In this document: piece by piece, positions 6,937 through 15,098 of the stretch
Layout of the letters: each line of letters starts with the position of its first letter
Numbering within the stretch: the first letter of the stretch is position 1
Source of the DNA: a virus
Lineage: Duplodnaviria; Caudoviricetes
DNA length: 26,088 nt
Strand: one strand, 5' to 3'
IMG/VR virus record: IMGVR_UViG_3300048080_000322
Location: 1 to 26,088 of that record
Program-made: the position numbers and the translations under genes
The notes under the pieces: generated by a model
The model's database searches: none
Seen by the model: only the letters and a program-made list of their open reading frames with translations
Told to the model about the DNA's origin: nothing

Positions 6937-7548
6937 ATGGCCCGCGACCGCACGAACTCTGGCACGCCGCGGGCCGAGCTGCCGGAGCTGACGGGTGCGG
7001 TCAAGGCGCTACCGCCGGGGCACGGGGACTCCGCGCTCGCGTCGGCGCTCACGCCCGTCGTGGACGAGATCCGGCAGCTCTACACGGAGTTCGGGGTACG
7101 CCCGTACCAGGTGTTCTTGATCCACATGCAGTGGTCGGGCAACCGCATCGGCGAGGGCAGCGCGGTCGAGATCAGCCGCCGCGAGATCCTACCGACACCA
7201 CAGGTCGTGGACATGGGCTCGACGACCGAAGTGTTGCGGCAGTTCGGGCTCACGGAAGAAGGCGGTTTGGTCGTGGACCAAGTCAGCACGAAGTACACCG
7301 AGGACGACCTGATGGGTCGAACGCCGGATCTCATTGACCCCACGATGCCTCGCACGGGGCTTTCCACCGTGGAGTTCTTCTGGGAAGTGATCGAGTCACG
7401 GCCATCGAATCCGGCGTCTGTGCCTCGGCGTTACGTCCCGGTCGGAGTGCCCATGCTGAGCCGTGATCGTTTCCAGTGGCGGGTGGCGCTCGCAAAGCAG
7501 GACTACAACCGCTCGCGCGGTCGGACGTTCGACCGCAGGGTGTCCTGA
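6937..7548 (+). CDS. Putative head closure/stopper protein (203 aa)
   Basis: Synteny between adaptor and gp10-like gene; beta-rich pattern. Confidence 0.55.
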   Translation: MARDRTNSGTPRAELPELTGAVKALPPGHGDSALASALTPVVDEIRQLYTEFGVRPYQVFLIHMQWSGNRIGEGSAVEISRREILPTPQVVDMGSTTEVLRQFGLTEEGGLVVDQVSTKYTEDDLMGRTPDLIDPTMPRTGLSTVEFFWEVIESRPSNPASVPRRYVPVGVPMLSRDRFQWRVALAKQDYNRSRGRTFDRRVS

Positions 7549-7551
7549 GCC

Positions 7552-8055
7552 GTGGCCGTCACGGTTCTGCGCTACCGGGACATCGGTGGCTGGATCCTTG
7601 GCCGGACGAAGAAGCAGTACCGTGTGGCAGTCAAGACGCTCCAGCTCGAGGCCAAGACGACAGCGCTACGAGCGATCCAGGAGCAGATCGGTCAGACCGA
7701 TCCTTTGCCAGTGGACCGCGGGACGTATCGGCGCGGCTGGACGACGACGAACCTCCCAGATGGAGTCATGATCTACAATGCGGAGGTGCACGCCGCCGTG
7801 ATCGAGCACGGGCGCCGACCCGGCGCACGCATGCCGCCTCCGGCCGTTCTAGGCGAGTGGGCCCGGCGCAAGGGGCTGCTCCGGGATGTGCCCAAGCGCG
7901 GGCGTCAGGCGGCACAGCGCAGCCTTGGTTTCGTGATTGCTCGTGCCATCGCACGGAAGGGGCTCCCCGCCAGGCGGGTGCTCGACCGCGCGCGTCAGGT
8001 TTTCTGGCCGGCCATCAAGCGCGCCGTGCGCCTCGCCATGAAAGCGGCGACGTGA
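7552..8055 (+). CDS. HK97 gp10-like neck/tail completion protein (167 aa)
   Basis: PVDRGTYRRGW...YNAEVHAAVIEHGRRPG motif typical of the family; very basic. Confidence 0.8.
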   Translation: MAVTVLRYRDIGGWILGRTKKQYRVAVKTLQLEAKTTALRAIQEQIGQTDPLPVDRGTYRRGWTTTNLPDGVMIYNAEVHAAVIEHGRRPGARMPPPAVLGEWARRKGLLRDVPKRGRQAAQRSLGFVIARAIARKGLPARRVLDRARQVFWPAIKRAVRLAMKAAT

Positions 8056-8056
8056 G

Positions 8057-8683
8057 ATGCCCATAAGCCGTGCGCAGTACAGCCGGCGCGCCTCGCACGA
8101 TGTGCGGGGGGCCATGGGGCTCGCCCTGCGGCGGCACCTGGAGGTTCTTCAGTTTCAGAACGCCGGCGCGATTTTCGGGTTCAACGAGGTGTTCGACGAG
8201 TGGCCCTCGTACATCCAGCGGTATGTTCCGCCAGCCGCGTGCGTGCTCCCGGGCTCATGGGAGTACGGCGATTGGTCGTTCACGCCGACGCTGCTCGAGG
8301 ACACCTGGGAGGTTCGCGGGGAGCCGGGCTTCGGGCTCTACAAGCTGTCCGAGCTGTCGGCCAACTTTGAAGTCAGCATTCGGGCGAACAGCAACGCGGA
8401 AAGATCGTCGCTCATTCAGGGGATCGAGGAATCTTTCGTGGCACCTCGGCTGCTGATGGATGACCCAGCCGGTGCCAGGTACGGTGTGTTTCTTCCGCTC
8501 CCGGAGTATTATGGCCTCGAAGCGAGGTTCGCCCTGCTAAGCGCCCGAAACATGGACACCGAGGATTCTGCGCTGCGGGAGCATCGCGACGCCGTGTTCG
8601 TTGTGTCAGGGCAAGCACCACAGGTTAGAGTGGGCCCCGTTTTTCCTCTCAACCTGACGATTCAACTCGATCCGTACTGCTGA
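8057..8683 (+). CDS. Putative tail terminator/completion protein (208 aa)
   Basis: Synteny between the gp10-like gene and the sheath. Confidence 0.55.
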   Translation: MPISRAQYSRRASHDVRGAMGLALRRHLEVLQFQNAGAIFGFNEVFDEWPSYIQRYVPPAACVLPGSWEYGDWSFTPTLLEDTWEVRGEPGFGLYKLSELSANFEVSIRANSNAERSSLIQGIEESFVAPRLLMDDPAGARYGVFLPLPEYYGLEARFALLSARNMDTEDSALREHRDAVFVVSGQAPQVRVGPVFPLNLTIQLDPYC

Positions 8684-8699
8684 AAAGAGGAGTCACAGC

Positions 8700-10607
8700 A
8701 TGCCCTTCACCCTTCGCCTCACAGAGACTCCGACGCTTTCGCGCACCACGGAACTCGAACAGATCATCATCGTGGACAAGACGGGGCCCTCCACCCCGCT
8801 CGGAGTTTCGTCCGGGGCGTCCTGCCTGGTCGGGGAGTTCCTGAAAGGCCCGTTTGCGCCCACCGAGGTCTTTTCGCAGGGCGACCTGCAAGGGGTCTTC
8901 ACGGGTGATGGGACCAGGCTCGACCGCATCTCGCAAAACGGGCTCGACCCGACCGCCGCGGGGTTTGACCAGGATGGCTCGGCCGTGACCTTCGACGGCA
9001 ATGGCCACGCGGAACTTCTCGGCAAGCAGTTCAACCGCCTGGTGCTCTCCCGTGTGGACTGCGACATGGTGGTGGCGGACGATCCCCTGGCGAACAAGGC
9101 GTATCTGGCCTTCAACGTGACCGTCGCCGCTGCCGATGTCACGGCGGGCAGGACGAACAAGGACTTGCTGATCCCGGAGGGGACACGGTTCGCGACCGAT
9201 TCTTCTCTCGCCACACCGCCCACCGTCATCATTGCGCTCTCTCAACCCCTGCTCATCCCGGCGGGAACCGCGGTCAGGACGACCAACCGCATCTTCATCT
9301 CATCGGTGGCGGTGGACACCGGCGCCGCAGACGACGAGATTTTCAACGTCTCCCAGGATCCGGCGACAGGGGCCCTCACCCTGCTCATTCAGGGCCCTTC
9401 CGACACGAGTCCGGGCTTCCCGAGGCTGGCGGTTCCCGGGTCCATCGGACCGACGTGCTTCTTCGTGAAGAACTACACGGCGGCGATCGGCGTCATCGAC
9501 TCGGTCATCACGCCCGGCGACAACGCCATCCCGAACTCCGCGTCAACGATCACGGCGACCGGGATCTCGACCGTGGACATCGCGGCTGTCGCCACGGACG
9601 TCTGGGCGCCGCGTTCGGCTGCCGTCGCCACCGCCGCCCTGACCAACCGCATCCTCACGCGCTACCCGGACGCCATCAAGCGGACGCTGCCCACCGATGC
9701 GCCCATGATCGACATCACGCACATCTGGTCGGCCAAGAACTGGTCGGCGTTCGAGGCCACGGTGGGTGCCGTGACCACGGCGCTCGCCGGCAACATCCGC
9801 TCGAAGCTGTGGGAGAACGCCAAAGACGCCTCGGCCCAGGCTCGGGGCCGGACGTGCGGCGTGTCCAACCCGCCGTCGCGCTTCCCGACGCTGGCCGGCG
9901 CCTCGGAGGCCAAGACGGCGGTCAAGGTGCTCCAGGCCGAGTTCACTGGTGTGGACGCCGACCGCGTGTTCGTCAACTTCCCCTACAGCAAGCAGTTCAT
10001 CACGGCCCTCAACCGGAACGTCCTCGTCAGCCCCGGCGGCTGGAAGGCGAGCCTGGTCTCGAATCTGCCCGAGGAGTTCCAGACGTCGGTGCAGAACAAC
10101 CTCATTCAGTCCATCCAGGGCCTGGAGGACGCCTTCGTGGTGAGCCCGCTGGAGCGCAGCGATTACGTGGACTTCAAGGCCAAGGGCGTCTCGGCGCTGA
10201 TCAAGGACCGAGTCGTCGGCTGGTGGTTCCAGTCCGGGATCACGGCGGTCAGCGCCACCTTGTTTCCGACGCGGGTGTCGGACAACCGCCGCCGCATGGC
10301 CGACTTCATCCAGGACACCATCGCCGGCATCGCCGCCAAGTACAGCAAGTTCCCCGGCACGACCGAGCGGGTGGACGCACTCGTGGGCGAGATCGATGCT
10401 TTCCTCTCGTCGCTCAAGTCGGTCGAGAACCCGGCGACTCAGCGCATCGAGGACTACAGCATCGATGCCAAGAGCCTGAACACGCCGGCGCTCACGGGCC
10501 AGGGGATCCGCACGTTCGCCATCAAGGTCCGCATGCTGGGCGATCTCAACTACCTGGTCTTCGAGACCTCCATTGGGCCTACGGTCGAAGTCAATCAGGT
10601 CGCGTGA
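8700..10607 (+). CDS. Contractile tail sheath protein (635 aa)
   Basis: N-terminal LVGEFLKGPFAPTEV; C-terminal RRMADFIQDTIA...IDAFLSSLK...RIEDYSID sheath motifs; GAGGAG RBS. Confidence 0.9.
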   Translation: MPFTLRLTETPTLSRTTELEQIIIVDKTGPSTPLGVSSGASCLVGEFLKGPFAPTEVFSQGDLQGVFTGDGTRLDRISQNGLDPTAAGFDQDGSAVTFDGNGHAELLGKQFNRLVLSRVDCDMVVADDPLANKAYLAFNVTVAAADVTAGRTNKDLLIPEGTRFATDSSLATPPTVIIALSQPLLIPAGTAVRTTNRIFISSVAVDTGAADDEIFNVSQDPATGALTLLIQGPSDTSPGFPRLAVPGSIGPTCFFVKNYTAAIGVIDSVITPGDNAIPNSASTITATGISTVDIAAVATDVWAPRSAAVATAALTNRILTRYPDAIKRTLPTDAPMIDITHIWSAKNWSAFEATVGAVTTALAGNIRSKLWENAKDASAQARGRTCGVSNPPSRFPTLAGASEAKTAVKVLQAEFTGVDADRVFVNFPYSKQFITALNRNVLVSPGGWKASLVSNLPEEFQTSVQNNLIQSIQGLEDAFVVSPLERSDYVDFKAKGVSALIKDRVVGWWFQSGITAVSATLFPTRVSDNRRRMADFIQDTIAGIAAKYSKFPGTTERVDALVGEIDAFLSSLKSVENPATQRIEDYSIDAKSLNTPALTGQGIRTFAIKVRMLGDLNYLVFETSIGPTVEVNQVA

Positions 10608-11203
10608 TGATTCTGGTGAATCTGCTCATTGACCCGCTTCGTGAAGAAAAGCGGGAACGTCGAAGGGCACAGGATCGGAAGAGGTATGCGCGTCATGCAA
10701 AGGCGATCATCGCCAAGACCTCCGCGTATCAGAGGGCACACCGCGAGCAGCAACGCAGTTACAGTCGCACATACTACTGCAAGCATCATCAGAAGGAACT
10801 GGCGCGAGCTTCCAAGTACCGCCGGGAAAACCTGCGCACACCTGTGCAGCTTGCTCGGGTGCGCGAAACGAGTCGTGCCTGGAGAGCCACACATCTTGGA
10901 TATGAAAGGAACCGCTACTGGAACGATCCGGCGTTTCGGACATACAGACTATCGAAGGACCGGAAGCGCGGAGCGCGGAAGGCCGAAGGCCACATTGTGC
11001 ACGAGCAGTGGATGGCCGTTCTTGCCGCCTACGGTGGCCTTTGCGCGTACTGTGCCTCTCCTGCGGCTGAGATGGATCATGTGATACCGTTGTCGCGTGG
11101 TGGCCGACATGACATCAGCAACATTGCGCCGGCATGCACTTCTTGCAATCGCTCGAAGGCGGCTCGACTACTAGTCGAGTGGAAAGGAAAGTCCTGTGCC
11201 TGA
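10607..11203 (+). CDS. HNH endonuclease, McrA-type zinc-binding (198 aa)
   Basis: CAYC...EMDHVIPLSRGGRHDISNIAPACTSCNRSK; basic repeated N-terminal helices; start overlaps sheath stop (TGATG); the 9455 start in the track is a shadow extension. Confidence 0.9.
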   Translation: MILVNLLIDPLREEKRERRRAQDRKRYARHAKAIIAKTSAYQRAHREQQRSYSRTYYCKHHQKELARASKYRRENLRTPVQLARVRETSRAWRATHLGYERNRYWNDPAFRTYRLSKDRKRGARKAEGHIVHEQWMAVLAAYGGLCAYCASPAAEMDHVIPLSRGGRHDISNIAPACTSCNRSKAARLLVEWKGKSCA

Positions 11204-11639
11204 ATTGCGAATTTTTGGCCGCGAGATCCAGATCCGCCTCACGCGGGATGGCTCCCTGCTCACCGAGATCACGGCGATCAAGAACTTCGTGTTCGAGACG
11301 CGCCACCGCATCATCACCGAGGGCTACCTGGGGGAGACGGCGCAGCGACAGGACGAAATCTTCGACGAGGTGGGCGGCAACTTCACCGTGCACCCGGAGG
11401 GAACGGAGATCCTGGAACTCCAGCGCCTCATCGTGGACAGGTCCAGCCGCCGGGTCGCGAACGACGAGCAGGTGTCCTGCACCTTCCGCACGCTGTTCCC
11501 CATCAACGGTGGGACGGTCGCCCGCATCACGATCCCGGACATGAAGTTCGACCCGATCCCGCTATCGTTCTCTGCTCGCGACGCCTACGTCGAGATGGGA
11601 TTTGTTTTCAAGGCGTCCCGCTACCTGCTCAACATCTGA
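11196..11639 (+). CDS. Tail tube protein (147 aa)
   Basis: Size, beta-rich sequence, position after sheath and before chaperone. Confidence 0.8.
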   Translation: MPELRIFGREIQIRLTRDGSLLTEITAIKNFVFETRHRIITEGYLGETAQRQDEIFDEVGGNFTVHPEGTEILELQRLIVDRSSRRVANDEQVSCTFRTLFPINGGTVARITIPDMKFDPIPLSFSARDAYVEMGFVFKASRYLLNI

Positions 11640-11658
11640 CACCGCTCAGTCGGAGGGG

Positions 11659-11687
11659 TTGACAGGAAACGGACACGCTGGCAGGTT
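11659..11687 (+). promoter_or_regulatory. Putative sigma70-type promoter for the chaperone/tape-measure genes
   Basis: Perfect TTGACA (11659-64), 17 nt, TGn-CAGGTT (11682-87), ATG 8 nt later with no SD. Confidence 0.5.
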
Positions 11688-11695
11688 TCTACTCC

Positions 11696-12091
11696 ATGGA
11701 CCAGCCGCCTTCCGTCAACCCCATGGGGCAAGCCGCTGCTCTCGCCGCCGCCCGCCCGCGCTACAAGTTCATCGTCCCGGAGACGTCCCGGGCTTGGCCG
11801 AGCGACCCCAAGGTGGTGGTGCTGCGCGAGATCACGATCTCCGAAGAGACGCAGGCGGCGACCCGGGCCGGCGGGGGCGCGCTGCTCAAGCACCTCTACG
11901 AGTGCCTCAAGTACGCCATCGTGTCCGCGGATGGCGTGAACATCACCTGGGAAGACGGCGGCAAGGAACGCTTCCTCGAAGGCTGCTCGCCCAAGGTCGC
12001 GACATTGCTCGTGCGCGCCTACAACCACGTGCATCAGCCGCAGGAGGAGGACTCCGCGGCTTTTTTGTCCAGCGCGACGACGGTGGTCTAG
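11696..12091 (+). CDS. Tail assembly chaperone (lambda gpG/P2 gpE analogue, 131 aa)
   Basis: Between tube and tape measure; slippery heptamer near the 3' end. Confidence 0.8.
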   Translation: MDQPPSVNPMGQAAALAAARPRYKFIVPETSRAWPSDPKVVVLREITISEETQAATRAGGGALLKHLYECLKYAIVSADGVNITWEDGGKERFLEGCSPKVATLLVRAYNHVHQPQEEDSAAFLSSATTVV

Positions 12092-12114
12092 GCCGTCTAG
12101 CTCGGGCCCGCTGG
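12045..12114 (+). promoter_or_regulatory. Programmed -1 ribosomal frameshift signal
   Basis: T TTT TTG at 12061-67 in the correct phase; AGGAGG 10 nt upstream; downstream stems GACGGT/GCCGTC and CCAGCG/CGCTGG. Confidence 0.85.
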
Positions 12115-12246
12115 GACCTGATCGCGTACCTGGCCCGCTACGGCAGGCAACCCCTCTCCGAGATCACGGCGCTCACCATGCGCGAGGCCCGCGAGTTCGT
12201 GGACGCCCTCTCCGACCTGGTAGAGCGGGAGAGCAAGGGGAAGTAG
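12064..12246 (+). CDS. -1 frame extension of the tail chaperone (gpGT/gpE+E'-like; fusion about 183 aa from 11696)
   Basis: Open -1 frame ...WDLIAYLARYGRQPLSEITALTMREAREFVDALSDLVERE ending just before the tape measure; no own upstream start with RBS. Confidence 0.8.
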   Translation, partial: FVQRDDGGLGRLARARWDLIAYLARYGRQPLSEITALTMREAREFVDALSDLVERESKGK

Positions 12247-12263
12247 TAGGATAGGGGCGCGCG

Positions 12264-13943
12264 ATGGCCGAAGCCGAGACAGAAACACTCGTCCTCAAGG
12301 CGTCGGACCAGGCGACCGCGCCGGCACAGAAGGCGGCGGCGGCGTTCGACAAGGCGGGAGCAGCGGCCGAGCAGCTTCGCGCCAAGATTGGCGGGCTCAA
12401 GCAGCACACGCTGCTCCTAGCTGGTGGCATCACGGGCCTCGGGTTCGGGTTCAAGGCCCTGGCCGAGAAGACGATGCACGCGCTCAAGGCGCAATCGTCG
12501 ATGGAGAAAGGAATCGCGTCGCTCAACTTCTCGATGCTCCAGTGGCCTAAGAATATTTCTGCACAGGACAAGTGGAACACCTCGCTGGCGATGGGCGCCG
12601 AGACGCTGGCGCGGTTGGAAGAAGAGTCGTCACGCCTCGCCATGCCGGTGGAGCAGTTGAATGCGGCTTACGGGAAGCTGGCCGGCCCTGCGTTCACGAA
12701 GCTAGGGCTCTCGACGGAGCAGACCTTCGGGCTGCTGACCAAGGCGGCCGAGGGCGCCAAGGCGTTCGGGCTTTCTGGTGAGCATGCTGCCCAGGTGATC
12801 TCCCGGGCGCTCATCACGCGCACCATCGGGCGCGGGCTCGACCCATTCAGCGACAAGTTGCGCGTCGCTCTCGGCAACATGAAGAAGTTGAGCGCGAAGG
12901 AAATCTACGATCGGATGCAGAAAGGGTTGGGTGACGTCAGTCAGCAGGCCGAGTTCATGGCGACCGGCATGGACGCTTCCCTCTTTCGTATTCGCGATTT
13001 CTTCGAGAGCACGCTCAAAGGAATCGGTGCGCCCACGATCAAGTACATCACGGGGTTGCTCAAGGGCTGGACGGACAAACTGGCCGAGGCGAAGAAACAC
13101 GGCCACGACATCGTGGCCGAGTACGGCGACAAGCTACTCGGCGCCTTCAAGTTCTTGGAGAAGGTGACGCGCGCGCTCCTGGACAACTGGAAAGAGATCG
13201 CGGCGATCTTCGTCGCGACCAAGGCTGAATCCTGGATCAAGGGCCTCGGGGCACTCGGCGGTGCCGGCAAGAAAGAAGGTGAGGGTGCCGGCGGTTTCAT
13301 GGGAGCGATCGGGAAGTTCAGCAGCAAGCTGCTCTCGACGACCGAGGCGCTCGGCGGGTTCTACGTTGCGTTGAAAGTGGGCGCGGAGATCCTGGACGAG
13401 TGGCAAACGAAGAAACTCCAGAAGGAATCTCGGGCACCCCTGATAGATGCTGCACTCACGAGTCTCACCAAGGCGTCCACTGCGAGATCGGAACGCGAGG
13501 GGGCCGCTGCCTTGCGCGCTGCTCGTCAGCAGTTCGGTCCAGGCATCATCACTGCCGGCGGCAAGGTCCAGCGCGGTGTGCTGACGACCGCGCTCGAAAG
13601 TCTGTCTGCGAAGGACATGATGAAGGTCGCGGGGCAACTCGGGGGCACGACCAGGGGCAGGGGAACCGTGGAACAGCAGGTCATGATGAAAATCGCGGAT
13701 AAACTGGAGGCGCTCATGCGGGCGTATCCAGAAGCCGCGCCGAAGGTGGCTGGAGAGGTCAAGCCCGAGGCGATGAAAGGAAAAGTGGTCAAAGCCCCTG
13801 TGCAGAACTTCGGTGACGTCTACATCACGCAGGATTTCAAGGACGCCGATCCCGATCGCGTGTTCATCCGCTTCAAGAACGATCTGGAGAACCAGGCCGA
13901 AAATCAGACGCAGTCGTCGCTTTCCGAATGGGCGGGGCCCTGA
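12264..13943 (+). CDS. Tape measure protein (559 aa)
   Basis: LVLKASDQATAP N-terminus, Ala/Gly/Lys-rich amphipathic helices, synteny after the chaperones. Confidence 0.85.
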   Translation: MAEAETETLVLKASDQATAPAQKAAAAFDKAGAAAEQLRAKIGGLKQHTLLLAGGITGLGFGFKALAEKTMHALKAQSSMEKGIASLNFSMLQWPKNISAQDKWNTSLAMGAETLARLEEESSRLAMPVEQLNAAYGKLAGPAFTKLGLSTEQTFGLLTKAAEGAKAFGLSGEHAAQVISRALITRTIGRGLDPFSDKLRVALGNMKKLSAKEIYDRMQKGLGDVSQQAEFMATGMDASLFRIRDFFESTLKGIGAPTIKYITGLLKGWTDKLAEAKKHGHDIVAEYGDKLLGAFKFLEKVTRALLDNWKEIAAIFVATKAESWIKGLGALGGAGKKEGEGAGGFMGAIGKFSSKLLSTTEALGGFYVALKVGAEILDEWQTKKLQKESRAPLIDAALTSLTKASTARSEREGAAALRAARQQFGPGIITAGGKVQRGVLTTALESLSAKDMMKVAGQLGGTTRGRGTVEQQVMMKIADKLEALMRAYPEAAPKVAGEVKPEAMKGKVVKAPVQNFGDVYITQDFKDADPDRVFIRFKNDLENQAENQTQSSLSEWAGP

Positions 13944-15088
13944 TGGCTGACTTTCTTTCGCAGGCCAACACCTTCACCGTGCGGATCCTCGAAGGGGAAC
14001 TGGCCGGCACGGACATCTTGCTCGAAACCCGCGCGCTGCCTTACCGGGGCGTCAGCTACGAGACCGAGCAGCGGGTGAAGACCACCTACTACGCCGGCAA
14101 CCCCGTGGCCACGCAGCAGGTGATGGGCCCCATCGAGAAGAACACGATGGTGACCGGGATGTGGAAAGACATCTTCCTGGGCAACGGCACGGCCGCTGCC
14201 TTGCGCGACACCTTCAACGACATCTGCCGCGCCGGCCTGTTGATCGAGGTGCGCTGGGGCGCCGGCATCTTGCCCGACGGCTCGCTGGTCTCGACGCCGA
14301 TCGTGCGCCGGGGCGTGATCAAGCGGTTCAAGCACACCTACGACCGGCCGCAGGACATCGCCTGGGAGGTCGAGTTCGAGTGGCGCGGCCGGGACGAGCC
14401 GACGCAGCCGCCGCTCCAGGGGGCGGGACAGGGTGAGAGTGACTTCTCGGACGCGATCTCGCTGCTCGACGAGGTCACCTCGAAGATTGCGGCCTTCCTG
14501 GGCGACCCCATCAACCGGCTCGCCGGCTTCCAGCAGTCGTTTCTCGATGATGTGGACGACTTCCTGAACGCGGTCGCGGCGGCGAACGGCGCGTTCAATG
14601 CTGCGGCCGAGGCCCTGCGGTTCCAGGGCGAGCTATCGACCGCCGTCATCGAGCGCGTGCGGGGCGCTGTGCAGGGCACCATGCGGGCGGCGGTGGACCT
14701 GGTGGGGGCCTTCGAGGAGTTCAAGGACTGGACGACCGAGGTCAAAGACACGGCGCTATCACTGCTCGGGTTCAAGGCCCAGAAGATGGGCGTCATGCGC
14801 GGGCTCGACGACGCGCAGGAGCGCATGCGGACGATCGACGAAGACCTGGCGGCACGCGAGATCCCTGATGTGATAGCCGAGGTGCGCGTGCCGGCCGACA
14901 CCGACCTGCGCGATCTCGCGCAGAAGTTCTATGGCAACGCGGACCTGTGGTGGGTGATCGCCAACTTCAACGGCATCGGGACGTCGTCGAAGGTCCCGGC
15001 CCTGCCTTCCGGCGTGAGCGACAACCCCGGACGCGCGATCCGCATCCCGCGCATGACCGAAGGCGCGCAGGGGCGCCTGGCCTGCTAG
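13943..15088 (+). CDS. Baseplate tube-initiator protein with C-terminal LysM/tail-X-like domain (381 aa)
   Basis: TGATG coupling gives ATG 13943; N-terminal tube-like domain; C-terminal DLRDLAQKFYGNADLWWVIANFNGI...IRIP. Confidence 0.75.
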   Translation: MADFLSQANTFTVRILEGELAGTDILLETRALPYRGVSYETEQRVKTTYYAGNPVATQQVMGPIEKNTMVTGMWKDIFLGNGTAAALRDTFNDICRAGLLIEVRWGAGILPDGSLVSTPIVRRGVIKRFKHTYDRPQDIAWEVEFEWRGRDEPTQPPLQGAGQGESDFSDAISLLDEVTSKIAAFLGDPINRLAGFQQSFLDDVDDFLNAVAAANGAFNAAAEALRFQGELSTAVIERVRGAVQGTMRAAVDLVGAFEEFKDWTTEVKDTALSLLGFKAQKMGVMRGLDDAQERMRTIDEDLAAREIPDVIAEVRVPADTDLRDLAQKFYGNADLWWVIANFNGIGTSSKVPALPSGVSDNPGRAIRIPRMTEGAQGRLAC

Positions 15089-15098
15089 GAGCCAGCCG

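Noticed and set aside
9455-10603. 582-aa ORF appearing to fuse a long Arg-rich region to the HNH, or a sheath-HNH frameshift
   Set aside because: The upstream part is an off-frame shadow of the GC3-biased sheath gene; no slippery site seen; the HNH has its own coupled start
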